Assembly (NCBI GenBank): GCA_964489015.1
Contig: CAZAXD010000001.1
Coordinates: 168,532 to 232,531 of the forward strand
Reading direction: 5' to 3'
DNA: 64,000 nt
Source: an uncultured Sphingobacterium sp.
GTDB lineage: Bacteria > Bacteroidota > Bacteroidia > SpSt-205
The notes beneath the pieces are model-generated. The model had not been told where the DNA came from, searched no databases, and saw nothing but the letters and a program-made list of their open reading frames with translations. Within the stretch, counting starts at the first letter, position 1. Every line of letters begins with the position of its first letter. This document shows, piece after piece, positions 46,931 to 57,136 of this stretch. Made by a program: the position numbers and the translations under genes.

Positions 46931-49879
46931 ATGCTCAGACATAAGACCTTTATCGTCACGCTACTGACCCTATTTTTTCTAATCGTCGTCTACAACTTAT
47001 ACTGGGCAGTAGAGCGTCTCCGATTAGACTACAAGCTTAGCAATCTACCTGCTGAGAAGCGCGCGGATTGGCTAAAGAACCCTGATAATTACAAGTACTA
47101 CAAGCGAGCGGTGGAAAATTCCTTTACCTTAGGGCTCGACCTACAAGGGGGGATGTATGTGACGCTGGAGGTCGGAGCCGAGGACATTCTCAGGGGGCTT
47201 AGCGAGGTGCCGGATGACTCGATATTCCAGGCGGCTCTCAATGAGGCGGTGCGCCGCTATCGCTTAGGCCAGGGGGACCTGGTCTCTCTCTTTAGCCAGG
47301 TCCTCAAAGAGCGAGCTCCTCAAGTCCGTCTCGCTCAGTTTTTTGCTGGGCCCAAACTCGGTTTGTCTTACAATGCCTCGGATGAAGAGGTCCTTCGTAA
47401 GCTTCAGCAAGAGGTAGAAGATGCTGTAGATCGCTCTTATCGCATCTTGCGCACACGGATTGATCAGTTTGGCGTCGTGTCTCCTAATATCCAACGTCAA
47501 CCGGGGACGGGTCGCATTCTGCTTGAACTGCCAGGGGTCAAAGACAGCGAGCGGGTTCGCCGTCTTCTGCGCACGACGGCCAAGCTCGAATTCTGGCCCA
47601 CTTACACCGTGAAAGAAGTATTCCCGCTCTTAGCTCGAGCCAACGAAAAACTCGGGGCCATCGCTAAAGGTGATACCGCGGCGACTGACACCCTTCGCGC
47701 GCGTGACTCTGTGAGCGTCCCTACCTCTACCGAAGAGCTTTTGATCGGCCAAAAGGTCGATACGGCTAAAGCCAAAGCTGATACCGCGCTTTCCGATGAG
47801 CAAAAGCGCGAAAAATTCCTTCGTGAAAACCCGCTGTTTGCCGTCCTGATTCCCCCGCAAAACCCACCAGAGAATAGTCCTATTGTGGGCTATGCTCGTA
47901 TCGTAGACACAGCCAAGGTGAATGCTTATCTGGCCTCACCGGAGGTAAAGCTCCTTTTCCCTGAAAACTTGGCTTTTGCCTGGACTGCTAAAGGCGAAGG
48001 AGACAACGCGGATGTTCTGACGCTTATTGCTCTCAAGGTTACGCCAGGCGGAGAAGCGCCGCTGACGGGGGAGGTTATCGAGGATGCCCGGCAGGATTTC
48101 AATCCGGATGATGGGCGGCCCATGGTGACTATGCGCATGAATCCCGAAGGTGCCCGCATCTGGAAGCGGCTCACGACTGATTACTTGGGCAAATCGGTGG
48201 CCGTCACGCTCGATGGTCTGGTCTACACATACCCCACGGTCCAGAGTGTCATTGCAAATGGTCACTCCCAAATCACGGGGAATTTTACCGTGGATGAAGC
48301 GAAAGACCTGGCGAATGTGCTCAAAGCGGGGCGGCTGCCTGCCACGATCCGAATCGAAGCCGAAGAGATTATCGGCCCTTCCCTGGGAGAAACCACTATT
48401 CGCCAGGGACTGGTCGCACTCGTGGCTGCTTTTGTAGCGATCCTGCTTGTGATGTGGCTCTTTTATAGCACGGCGGGGCTGATTGCGGACCTGGCTTTAG
48501 TACTGCTTTTACTATTCATTGGGGGCGTGATGGCGGCTATGCAGGTTGTGCTGACCCTGCCGGGCATCGCAGGTATCGTATTGACCTTAGGCATGGCTGT
48601 CGACGCGAATGTCCTCATCTACGAGCGGATCCTTGAAGAGCTTCGGCAGGGCCGCTCCCTCAAGGGCGCCATCGAAGGCGGCTCTGGCAATGCCCTTTCT
48701 GCGATCGTCGACTCCAACTTGACGACGTTACTAACGGGTATCATTTTGTACATTTTCGGGATTGGACCGATTCGCGGCTTTGCTGTGACTCTCATCATCG
48801 GGATCATTGGTACGCTGCTGACAGGCGTGCTGATTACTCGACTCCTGGTAGAAATGTTCTACAATTCGCCGCGTCTTGCTCGTTCGCTTCGATTCCGTAC
48901 ACCGTGGATGAGCCCAGTCTTAGATCGCAGTTGGCAGATATCCTTTGAGCGGCACTGGCGCTATACACGGTATGGCGTTTTAGTGCTGGTAATTGGTGCG
49001 GTAGGCCTTGTACTGGGTTTAGGGGTTCGTCGCGGGTTGGAATTTACGGGGGGATACCAGTTCCAGCTTGCGCTAGGCCAAGCCGTAGATATCGACGTCG
49101 TACAAAAAGATCTCTCGGCTGCCATGCAGGGCGCCTCGGTTGTGGTTAAAACCGTCGGAGCTAAGAACGACCTTCTAATCAGCACGAGCTATCTGTACGA
49201 TCAGCCTAATAAGCAGGAGGAGGTCCAACGAGCCGTCTTAGCGGGGCTAAGCATGCATTATGCGCAAGCGCAGCCGCAAATCATTCGCTCGGTGCTCATC
49301 GGTCCCTCTATCGCCGAAGATATCCAGGCTTCTGCGTACAAGTCCGTGCTCTTTGGCATATTGAGCATTGCGCTGTATATTCTATTCCGCTTCCGTAGTG
49401 TCGCTTACTCTATTGGTAGTGCGGTTTCCCTCGCGGCTACAGTATCCGTGGCCCTAGGCCTGTATACCCTGCTGAGCCACTTAGAGATCTTCAGCTTTCC
49501 AACAGAAGCTAATCAAGATACCATCGCAGTCCTGCTCACGATCATCGGTTTTGTGATCAATGATGCCGTGATTTTCTTTGATCGGGTTCGGGAAGAGCGA
49601 AGGCGGCCAGGCGGCAATGACTTAGCGATCGAGGCCCTTCATGCCCGTAGTATTAACTTAGTCCTTACGCGAACTGTCCTCACGACCCTAACATCTGTTT
49701 TGGTTTTGGTCGTTCTTTTACTCTTGGGTGGAGAAAATACGAAGGGTTTTGCACTACTGATGACGATTGGGTTTACGATCGGGATCTTTAGTACCATTTA
49801 TGTAGCCGCTGATGTGTCTGGTTTATTGTGGAATGCTTTGCAAGGTCGTGCGCAGCGTAAGCCGGTTTCTACTCGTTAG
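46931..49879 (+). CDS. secDF: fused protein translocase subunit SecDF
   Basis: 982 aa, SecD and SecF halves each with 6 TM and periplasmic domains. The fused form is typical of Bacteroidota. Confidence 0.88.
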   Translation: MLRHKTFIVTLLTLFFLIVVYNLYWAVERLRLDYKLSNLPAEKRADWLKNPDNYKYYKRAVENSFTLGLDLQGGMYVTLEVGAEDILRGLSEVPDDSIFQAALNEAVRRYRLGQGDLVSLFSQVLKERAPQVRLAQFFAGPKLGLSYNASDEEVLRKLQQEVEDAVDRSYRILRTRIDQFGVVSPNIQRQPGTGRILLELPGVKDSERVRRLLRTTAKLEFWPTYTVKEVFPLLARANEKLGAIAKGDTAATDTLRARDSVSVPTSTEELLIGQKVDTAKAKADTALSDEQKREKFLRENPLFAVLIPPQNPPENSPIVGYARIVDTAKVNAYLASPEVKLLFPENLAFAWTAKGEGDNADVLTLIALKVTPGGEAPLTGEVIEDARQDFNPDDGRPMVTMRMNPEGARIWKRLTTDYLGKSVAVTLDGLVYTYPTVQSVIANGHSQITGNFTVDEAKDLANVLKAGRLPATIRIEAEEIIGPSLGETTIRQGLVALVAAFVAILLVMWLFYSTAGLIADLALVLLLLFIGGVMAAMQVVLTLPGIAGIVLTLGMAVDANVLIYERILEELRQGRSLKGAIEGGSGNALSAIVDSNLTTLLTGIILYIFGIGPIRGFAVTLIIGIIGTLLTGVLITRLLVEMFYNSPRLARSLRFRTPWMSPVLDRSWQISFERHWRYTRYGVLVLVIGAVGLVLGLGVRRGLEFTGGYQFQLALGQAVDIDVVQKDLSAAMQGASVVVKTVGAKNDLLISTSYLYDQPNKQEEVQRAVLAGLSMHYAQAQPQIIRSVLIGPSIAEDIQASAYKSVLFGILSIALYILFRFRSVAYSIGSAVSLAATVSVALGLYTLLSHLEIFSFPTEANQDTIAVLLTIIGFVINDAVIFFDRVREERRRPGGNDLAIEALHARSINLVLTRTVLTTLTSVLVLVVLLLLGGENTKGFALLMTIGFTIGIFSTIYVAADVSGLLWNALQGRAQRKPVSTR

Positions 49880-50741
49880 TATTGGGCTGTGGGGGTGTGG
49901 TGGAGACGGTAATGCTGAGGGCCCCATGCGGGGTCGTGCCGTAGTAGTTGTAGACCCCACCCTCAGGCCAGCTATCGAGCTCGTAGCTGAAGCCTTTGAG
50001 CGGTCATATCCGCAGGCCCGCCTTGAGCTGCGCTATCAGGAGGAGGCCCGAGCGGTGGCGGCTCTTTTGGCGGACAGCGTAGCGGCGGCTATCGTGACGC
50101 GTCCGTTTTCCGTGGAAGAGAGTACCGCCCTGGCGGAGCAGCGGATTCGCCCTAAACAAGTTTTGGTGGCCTGGGATGGTCTGGCCCTGGTAGCGCATCC
50201 GAGTCGCTCTGACAGCCTACTCAAGCTAGATAGCTTACGCGCCTGGCTTCAACGTCCTCGCCCCCCGTATCGGTTTGTGGTCGAAGGCGGGTCGGGGTCA
50301 GGCATTTACCGATATATTCGGGACTCGCTCTGTGGGGGTCAAGCGCTGCTAGCGCCCCTTTATCGTGCGGATAGTGTGGGCGGGGTCTTCGCTTACGTGC
50401 AGCAGGAGATTCGGGCGCTTGGATGGATCGGGGCGGCGTGGGTCTGCGATCGCGAAGACTCCACAGCTCAGCGTTTTACGCGGACCGTGCGCGTGTATGC
50501 GATTGCACCGTCAGGGGCGTCAGATTATTACTTTCCCTATGCAGGCTGGCTAAGGCCGGGGTATTATCCCCTGGTGCGTACAGTTTATGCTCTTAATCGG
50601 GAGCCTCGGCAGGGTGTGGCGACTAGCTTCATTGCTTATTTGGCAGGTCCTGAGGGGCAGCGTATCCTACTCAAGTCGGGGTTATTTCCAGCTAGAGCGC
50701 CTACGCGTATTATCGAGCTCAAAGAGCAAACAATACCCTAA
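49833..50741 (+). CDS. PBP-like (PstS/PhoT family) substrate-binding lipoprotein
   Basis: Putative lipobox LLVSIGLWGC. Periplasmic-binding-protein type 2 fold motifs (..VVVVDPTLRPAIELV.., ..EGGSGSGIYRYI..). Start chosen downstream of the secDF overlap. Confidence 0.5.
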   Translation: MLCKVVRSVSRFLLVSIGLWGCGGDGNAEGPMRGRAVVVVDPTLRPAIELVAEAFERSYPQARLELRYQEEARAVAALLADSVAAAIVTRPFSVEESTALAEQRIRPKQVLVAWDGLALVAHPSRSDSLLKLDSLRAWLQRPRPPYRFVVEGGSGSGIYRYIRDSLCGGQALLAPLYRADSVGGVFAYVQQEIRALGWIGAAWVCDREDSTAQRFTRTVRVYAIAPSGASDYYFPYAGWLRPGYYPLVRTVYALNREPRQGVATSFIAYLAGPEGQRILLKSGLFPARAPTRIIELKEQTIP

Positions 50742-52240
50742 TCTTCGTCCTCGTCCTCGTCCTCATCGGAGCTAGGTCGCAGCATATCTCCCAAAATGTC
50801 CTTGAAAGAAAGCTCCCGCTCAGAGAGGGTACGACCGATTAGGGACAAGTCGGCAAGGCCATGCAGAATAAGCTCCATCCAGGTATAAGGGGAGCCTGGT
50901 AAGCCGGCGGATTCTACAAGCGTTTGGAGGTGGGGTATGCGGCGCAGTTCACGGTGAAAGTCCGCATCTGGCGCCCATCGCGACAGAGTCAAGGTATTGC
51001 CGCTCCCAAACCAGTCGATGATAGGTTGGTACGGATTAGGTTGGGTGCTCCGGCGAAACTTCTCAGGCGAGGGGAAATAGGTTAGAAACTCTTCCCGCAT
51101 GGCGCGATGACATAAATACAACGCCACGGGCTGAATACCTTCCTTTTCTCCTTCGTATACCAGCTCGACTTTACCAATAATGGCTGGGATCGTGCCGTAC
51201 AAGTCTAGAAAACGTATGGTGGTATGCGGTTCGTTATTGAGTAGGCAGCGCTGCTCTGCGGCTGCCACGACACACTCGTAAGCCGAAATGGCTAGCCGCG
51301 CAGAGACGCCGCTTTTCTGATCGATGTACTCGCTTTCTCGGGCTAACATCCCGATGCGTTCAATGGCGTTTGCGATGGGATCAGGCACATGAATCCGGCT
51401 TTTCTGCTCTGCTAAGAGGCGGGCTTCCTGCTGGGTGATTTTACGGCTGGCTTGAAGGGAGCGCGGGTAGTGCGTCAGGATCTGGCTACCAATGCGGTCT
51501 TTGAGGGGTGTGATGATGGTACCCCGCTGGGTATAATCCTCTGGATTGGCCGTAAATACAAACTGAATGTCTAGTGGCAAGCGAAAGGCATAGCCCCGAA
51601 CTTGAATATCCTTTTCCTGCAGGATATTGAAAAGCGCGACTTGGATTCGGGGCTGTAGGTCCGGCAGTTCGTTGATGACAAAGATTCCCCGATGAGCACG
51701 GGGGATAAGCCCATAGTGAATGACGCGCGGGTCACTGTAGGGCAGCTTAAGGGTGGCGGCGCGAATCGGGTCAATATCCCCAATCAGGTCGGCTACGGAG
51801 ACGTCAGGCGTGGCTAGCTTTTCGACGTAGCGGGCCTCGCGGGGGATCCATCGGATAGGCGTATCATCCCCGGCTTCGGCCAAGATCATTTTTCCCTGGC
51901 TCGTAATCGGGTTAAAGGGGTCTTCTGGCAATTCCGTCCCCTCTATGGCCGGGATGTAGGGGTCGAGCAGTTCGACTAAGAGGCGGGACAGGCGGGTTTT
52001 GGCTTGCCCCCGCAGCCCCAGTAGTAAGATATCATGCCTAGCTAAGATAGCGCTGCGTAACTGGGGCAGCACGGTTTCCTCGTAGTCGTAGATGCCTTGA
52101 AAGAGCGGCTTGCCTTGTCGCAGGGCTGCGATGAGATTCTCTCGAAGCTCCACTTTGACAGGGCGGGAGCGATAGCCCGCTGTTTTTAGCTGCCCAAGGG
52201 TTCGTAAAGCGGTTAGTTTGTGCATGACGTGCGGAAACAA
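50738..52240 (-). CDS. ChlI/BchI-like (magnesium-chelatase family) AAA+ ATPase with acidic poly-ED C-terminal tail
   Basis: 500 aa. N-terminal ..ILLLGLRGQAKTRLSRLL.. is Walker A-like in ChlI family context, with a sensor/arginine finger region. Ends ..SSDEDEDEDED. Confidence 0.6.
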   Translation of the reverse strand: MFPHVMHKLTALRTLGQLKTAGYRSRPVKVELRENLIAALRQGKPLFQGIYDYEETVLPQLRSAILARHDILLLGLRGQAKTRLSRLLVELLDPYIPAIEGTELPEDPFNPITSQGKMILAEAGDDTPIRWIPREARYVEKLATPDVSVADLIGDIDPIRAATLKLPYSDPRVIHYGLIPRAHRGIFVINELPDLQPRIQVALFNILQEKDIQVRGYAFRLPLDIQFVFTANPEDYTQRGTIITPLKDRIGSQILTHYPRSLQASRKITQQEARLLAEQKSRIHVPDPIANAIERIGMLARESEYIDQKSGVSARLAISAYECVVAAAEQRCLLNNEPHTTIRFLDLYGTIPAIIGKVELVYEGEKEGIQPVALYLCHRAMREEFLTYFPSPEKFRRSTQPNPYQPIIDWFGSGNTLTLSRWAPDADFHRELRRIPHLQTLVESAGLPGSPYTWMELILHGLADLSLIGRTLSERELSFKDILGDMLRPSSDEDEDEDED

Positions 52241-52242
52241 AA

Positions 52243-52884
52243 TTAGGGAGCTAGGCGCATTCGTTGCCAGCCGTCGGCGGTTTGTTGATAGACTATTCGA
52301 TCATGGAGGCGGCCGGGGCGTCCCTGCCAAAATTCGATTTGGCGCACCTGGATGCGATAACCGCCCCAGTGGGGTGGGCGAGGTAGGGGACCAGGGGGCG
52401 GGTATAAAGCGCGGACGGCTTTGAAGCGGGCTTCTAAAAAAGCACGGCTCGGAACAGGCTGACTTTGGGGCGAGGCGTAGGCTCCTACTTGGCTCTCATA
52501 GGGGCGACTCTGGAAGTAAGCGTCGCTTACTTCAGCGGGTAAGCGCTCCGCTGGCCCCTCAAATCGTACTTGCCTTTCGAGCTTATCCCACCAAAAGCAG
52601 CCCGCCACCCACGTCTGGCTAGCGATCTCTTGTCCTTTGGCACTGTGGTAATTGGTATAAAAGTGTAGGTAGGGAGGCTCTAGCCCCTTGAGTAAGACGA
52701 TACGCACATGCGGGCGTCCCGTCGCGTCACTCGTCGCTAACGCAAAGGCATTGGGCTCAGGCAACTGCGCTTGAAGGGCCTCTTCGAGCCATTGAGCCAA
52801 TAGCGGAAAAGGTTCAGGAGGAAGGGCTTCTTCTGATAAGCGCCCCTGAGTATACTCTCGTCTGAGCTGTTCTATATTAGCCAT
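52243..52884 (-). CDS. pdxH: pyridoxamine 5'-phosphate oxidase
   Basis: 213 aa with PdxH FMN-binding motifs (..RIVLLKG..YTNY.S.KG.., ..IEFWQGRP.RLHDR..). Confidence 0.85.
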   Translation of the reverse strand: MANIEQLRREYTQGRLSEEALPPEPFPLLAQWLEEALQAQLPEPNAFALATSDATGRPHVRIVLLKGLEPPYLHFYTNYHSAKGQEIASQTWVAGCFWWDKLERQVRFEGPAERLPAEVSDAYFQSRPYESQVGAYASPQSQPVPSRAFLEARFKAVRALYPPPGPLPRPPHWGGYRIQVRQIEFWQGRPGRLHDRIVYQQTADGWQRMRLAP

Positions 52885-53927
52885 AGCCAGTCTGGTTTGG
52901 CGGGCAGGGTGCCCTCGAGCAGTTGATAGTAGGCTTGGCGAGCCTTTTCGGCTACAGGAGAGCTAGGTGGGAGGGCGAGCTCCTGGCCTTGATAGACAAG
53001 TCCCTTGAGGGGTATGATCGTAGTGGCTGTGCCTGTCCCAAATACTTCTACAATGTCTCCCTGAACGATACCTGTCAAGAGCTCATCGATCGATACGTCG
53101 CGCTCTTCTACGCTATGGCCTATTAAGGGTAGCAGGTAGAGGATAGTATCCCGGGTGATGCCGGCGAGGATAGTTTGACGAGCCAGGGCTGGCGTCGTCA
53201 CGGACCCATCTCGCCAAACGAAAAAGACGTTCATGTTGCTAAACTCTTCGATCCATTTTTTATGGCAAGCGTCGAGCCAGAGAGAGACCTGACAGCCGGC
53301 GGCTTGGGCCTTCTGACTGCTGAGAAGCGCGGCGGCATAGTTGCCTGCCATCTTGATTGCGCCGGTGCCACCTGGGGCCGCGCGGCTATACTCCGTCTCC
53401 ACATAAGCTTTGACGGGGCTGCTATAATAGGGCCCCGCTGGCGACAAAAAAATCGCAAAGATATAGGTCTCTGATACGCGTATGCCCACATAGGGGTCAG
53501 CAGCGAAATAAAAAGGTCGAATGTAAATAGCTTGTTGTAGCGAGGGGGGAAACAGGTGTTTTTCGCGTTGGAGCAGGCCGCGCAGTAGGTTTTCAAAGAG
53601 ATCAAAAGGGATAGGAGGCATGGCTAAGCGGGCCGCAGACCGATTGAGGCGAAGGGCGTGATCTTTCACGCGAAAGGCGAAGCAGGTTCCATCCGGACGC
53701 TGATAAGCTTTGAGGCCCTCAAAGAGCGCTTGTCCGTAATGCAGCGCGTGAGTCGCAGGATGAAGGACAAGCTCCCGAAAGGGCTGTATCCGCGCCTCGT
53801 CCCACTTACCATTCTGGTAAGTAGCCAGGGCGATGTGCTGGCTAAAAACCCGACCAAAGGGTAGCTTTTCCCAGTCGATGGGGGGCGGGGGTACAGCCGG
53901 TGCCTCGTAGGCGATAAGCCAACTCAT
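52872..53927 (-). CDS. ilvE: branched-chain amino acid aminotransferase (class IV)
   Basis: 351 aa with PLP fold type IV motifs (..GQALFEGLKAY.., ..E.SRAAPGGTGAIKMAGNYA..). Confidence 0.82.
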   Translation of the reverse strand: MSWLIAYEAPAVPPPPIDWEKLPFGRVFSQHIALATYQNGKWDEARIQPFRELVLHPATHALHYGQALFEGLKAYQRPDGTCFAFRVKDHALRLNRSAARLAMPPIPFDLFENLLRGLLQREKHLFPPSLQQAIYIRPFYFAADPYVGIRVSETYIFAIFLSPAGPYYSSPVKAYVETEYSRAAPGGTGAIKMAGNYAAALLSSQKAQAAGCQVSLWLDACHKKWIEEFSNMNVFFVWRDGSVTTPALARQTILAGITRDTILYLLPLIGHSVEERDVSIDELLTGIVQGDIVEVFGTGTATTIIPLKGLVYQGQELALPPSSPVAEKARQAYYQLLEGTLPAKPDWLWLI

Positions 53928-54896
53928 ATGGCAAAGATAAGCCCTTCCTATAAAAACCGTTTCTTTGGACTTATGCGGTGGCCTGCCCCTCTCGAGGCTG
54001 GCAGTCGAGTAGCCTTAGTCGCACCCGCTCGGCGCGTACAGCCGGCCGATTTGCAGCCTTTCATGGAGTTTGTGCGACGGCAGGGGTGGTCTCTCGTTTT
54101 TCAGCCCGAGGCTCTCTATGCGCAGGATGGTTTTTTTGCAGGGTCAGATAAGCATCGGCTTGATAGGCTACAGGCAGCCTTGGATGACCCGGATCTCGGA
54201 GCGATCTGGTTAGCCAGGGGAGGACACGGTCTTAGTCGCCTGTGGCCGAAGCTCCGCTGGGATCGCTTTGTGAGCCATCCAAAATGGATTATTGGCTTTA
54301 GTGATGGGACGCCGCTTTTGTGGGCGGCTGCCCGACAGGGCGTCGTTGCGCTTCACGCGCCCGTCGCGGCGTATATCCCGCATCGAACGGCACCCGAGGC
54401 ACTTAATCGCCTTCTACGTCTGCTGCGTGGAGAGCCTCTTCCACCCATCCTGTGGAGGCGTCAGCCCTGGTACGCCTGGCAGATCGGGCAAGCGCAGGGT
54501 CGCCTCTGGGGCGGAAACCTGTCCCTGCTTGCCACCCTAGCTGGCACGCCGCTGGACTTTAGCCATGACAAAAACGCCGCATTACTCTTTTTCGAGGAAG
54601 TGGGCGAATACGCCTATCGCCTTGATCGCCTTTTGTGGCACCTCCATAATACTGGCTGGTTTGATCAGGCGGCAGCCGTGCTGGTGGGCACGCTCTCCGC
54701 CCTCCTCGATGATCAAGACCTGCCTTTCAGCCGTACTCCCAAGGAGATGATCCTCGATGTCTTGCAAGCCTGTCCTAAGCCTTTCGCCATGGGCCTTCCC
54801 AGCGGACACGTCGCAGAAAACTATCCTCTGCCCATAGGTGCTACTGCTGATTTCGTCGTTGAAGCCAGGCAAGCTATTTTGACGATTCAGCGGTAA
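53928..54896 (+). CDS. ldcA: LD-carboxypeptidase (peptidase S66)
   Basis: 322 aa with S66 motif ..IIGFSDGTPLL.. and a C-terminal His/Glu region. Confidence 0.75.
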   Translation: MAKISPSYKNRFFGLMRWPAPLEAGSRVALVAPARRVQPADLQPFMEFVRRQGWSLVFQPEALYAQDGFFAGSDKHRLDRLQAALDDPDLGAIWLARGGHGLSRLWPKLRWDRFVSHPKWIIGFSDGTPLLWAAARQGVVALHAPVAAYIPHRTAPEALNRLLRLLRGEPLPPILWRRQPWYAWQIGQAQGRLWGGNLSLLATLAGTPLDFSHDKNAALLFFEEVGEYAYRLDRLLWHLHNTGWFDQAAAVLVGTLSALLDDQDLPFSRTPKEMILDVLQACPKPFAMGLPSGHVAENYPLPIGATADFVVEARQAILTIQR

Positions 54897-55947
54897 GGGG
54901 CTTGGTCGTTGGCGGACGAGCGCCCGCCTTCGTGTCCGCAGGTGTGCGGGACGACGGGCTTGAGCTAGTCTCAGAAGAAGGCGAGTTAGGGTCTGGTGCA
55001 GTTTGGGGCCCTACCTGACTAGTAGTACTGCTATCAGGCTTGGCCTTAGAGAGGGAGTCACCGGGCTGGGTGGTGTCAGGCACGGAAGGAGGTGTGGATC
55101 GGCGAGGAAGGAGATGCCAGGCACCTACCCCTATTAACGTAAGCAGGCCTAACCCAATCAACGTGCCCGCCAGCGCCTTAGCTACTTGCCTTCTAGTAGC
55201 CACGCCTTGGGAAGCGGGGCTGACGAGCATGACAGTGATATTATCATAGCCGCCAGCATCGAGTGCAGCACGGACGAGATGACGAACCTTTTCACTGAGC
55301 GAAGTCTTTTTCGTGAGGATGTGGGCGATGCGCTCCTCGGAGATATAACCCGTCAGCCCATCAGAGCACAGGAGAAATACATCGTCTGGCCGCACTGGCA
55401 GTGGGAACGTAGTAGCCTCTACGAGCATGAGGTCCCGAGAGGCGCCGATAGCCAAAAGAAGTTGATTGCTTTCAGAATGGCCGAAGCTTTGCTCAGGCGC
55501 TAAATGCCCTGTTTCAATGTACCACCATACGAGACTGTGATCGCGAGTCAAGCGAGAGAGGCGACCCTGACGCCAGAGATAGAGACGGCTGTCCCCGATA
55601 TGGGCCCACCAAGCCTCGTTTTGGGGGGTGAGCAGTAATAAGACGAGCGTGGTGCCCATGTGAGTCGTGCCGAGGCCCATTTGTGGGGCCTTAAGAACAT
55701 GGTAATGGGCGTTTTGAATAGCACGTCGTAACCAGTAGTCAGGGCTATATGACGTGGGCGTCGCTTTTTGTAAGGTTTGCTGAACGGCTTCGATCGCAAG
55801 GCTTGCTGCTATATCGCCCGCGCCATGTCCGCCCATGCCATCGCAGACCACATAAACCGACCCCAAAGGGCATTCTAAGTGAGTGTAGCGATCTTCATTG
55901 ACCTGGCGATGATAGCCCAGGTGTGACTCGCTGGCAAAGCTAGCCAT
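54874..55947 (-). CDS. PP2C-family Ser/Thr protein phosphatase with C-terminal TM helix and S/T/P-rich tail
   Basis: PP2C motifs ..VVCDGMGGHGAGDIAS.., ..LLCSDGL.. and ..DNITVMLV... TM LIGLGLLTLIGVGAW, then a low-complexity Ser/Thr/Pro tail. Confidence 0.85.
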   Translation of the reverse strand: MASFASESHLGYHRQVNEDRYTHLECPLGSVYVVCDGMGGHGAGDIAASLAIEAVQQTLQKATPTSYSPDYWLRRAIQNAHYHVLKAPQMGLGTTHMGTTLVLLLLTPQNEAWWAHIGDSRLYLWRQGRLSRLTRDHSLVWWYIETGHLAPEQSFGHSESNQLLLAIGASRDLMLVEATTFPLPVRPDDVFLLCSDGLTGYISEERIAHILTKKTSLSEKVRHLVRAALDAGGYDNITVMLVSPASQGVATRRQVAKALAGTLIGLGLLTLIGVGAWHLLPRRSTPPSVPDTTQPGDSLSKAKPDSSTTSQVGPQTAPDPNSPSSETSSSPSSRTPADTKAGARPPTTKPLTAESSK

Positions 55948-55949
55948 GA

Positions 55950-57116
55950 TTAGCCGGCTATTTGAATCACGATGGCGCCCAGTCGGAGCTGGTCACCGAT
56001 TTGAATGGGGTGTTGCGTGATGCGATTATTATTGACGAAGGTGCCATTGGTGCTCCCCAGGTCTTGTATGTACCACCAGCTACCCTGTAAGAATAAGCGG
56101 GCGTGCCGACTCGATACAGTGGGGTCGTTGATGACGATCGTATTGTCAGGAGCACGACCTAGGGTAATCGGCGCAGTCGAAGGGGGTAACTGCACGTCTT
56201 GATGGCCATGGGGATAGTAAACGATGAGTCGGCGAATCACCGGGGATGGTGGCTGGACCGGGGCAGGGGCTGGCGCCGGTGGCGGTACTGCCGGTGCCTG
56301 AGGCTGCTTATTCCCTGAGGTCAAGGCAATAATCACCCCTACTACAACCAGCGTTCCCGCTCCAATCAAGATCCAGTGCCAGAGCGCTGACCCACCTTTG
56401 AGGGTAGCCTTCTCTATGAGGGGTGACTGTTCTCCACCCAGGCTAGTTCCGGGCATACCAGCGCTGGGCTCAGCAGGCGGCGAAGGCACGCCGGGGCTTC
56501 CTATGGCGTTCTGCAAAAACTGAGCGATGCCCTCTGCCAGGTCACCGCTGTTTGGCTTGACGAGGGCGTACTGCTGGGACGATCCGCCTTCAAATTGGCC
56601 AGATAACCGCTTGAGTAGAGTTTGGGCGGCTTGATTCTCGGAGCCCCAGCCGATGGATAGCGCGTAAATGGTAGTCTGGCGGGCATCGGCGAGACGCACA
56701 ATGTCATCATAGCGAAGGCCCGGGCTATTATCCGAGCCAGAAGCTAAGAGGATGAGCTTAGGAGCGCGTACAAATTCTCCTCGCAGCGCTTCTTCTAGGG
56801 CCCCTAAAAGCTCTACCGCGTAAATCGAGTCGCAACGTGGACGAAGATTCTGTAAAACCTGATTGCAGGTATAGCCCTCCGCTTCCAAAATGGGAGTGGT
56901 GAGCCAGTCGATATAACGACCGTTGTGCTTGCGGTAAAAGGTGCCTATCGCCACACGCCCCGCCGGCTTACCGCATAGGACCTGCTTTAGCGCACTGCGC
57001 GCCGACAGGATAGGCGCGCCGCAGGTTAGCTGAGAAGCTTCAACTAAGATGATGTAATCGGCCGAGGGCTGTGCAAAAGCGAGAAAAATACTCAAGGCTA
57101 GGGCGACTTGCTTCAT
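55950..57116 (-). CDS. membrane protein: signal peptide, vWA-like domain (degenerate MIDAS), TM helix, Pro-rich linker, C-terminal FHA domain
   Basis: Signal peptide MKQVALALSIFLAFAQ. vWA-like strands YIILVEAS.., ..LILLASGSDNS.. and ..TTIYALSIGWGS... TM ALWHWILIGAGTLVVVGVIIALT. Linker PPPAPAPAPVQPP. FHA motif ..ITLGRAPDNTIVINDPTVSSRHARL.......IQDLGSTNGTFVN. Confidence 0.8.
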   Translation of the reverse strand: MKQVALALSIFLAFAQPSADYIILVEASQLTCGAPILSARSALKQVLCGKPAGRVAIGTFYRKHNGRYIDWLTTPILEAEGYTCNQVLQNLRPRCDSIYAVELLGALEEALRGEFVRAPKLILLASGSDNSPGLRYDDIVRLADARQTTIYALSIGWGSENQAAQTLLKRLSGQFEGGSSQQYALVKPNSGDLAEGIAQFLQNAIGSPGVPSPPAEPSAGMPGTSLGGEQSPLIEKATLKGGSALWHWILIGAGTLVVVGVIIALTSGNKQPQAPAVPPPAPAPAPVQPPSPVIRRLIVYYPHGHQDVQLPPSTAPITLGRAPDNTIVINDPTVSSRHARLFLQGSWWYIQDLGSTNGTFVNNNRITQHPIQIGDQLRLGAIVIQIAG

Positions 57117-57136
57117 ATCCTTACAAAGGTAAAGGT

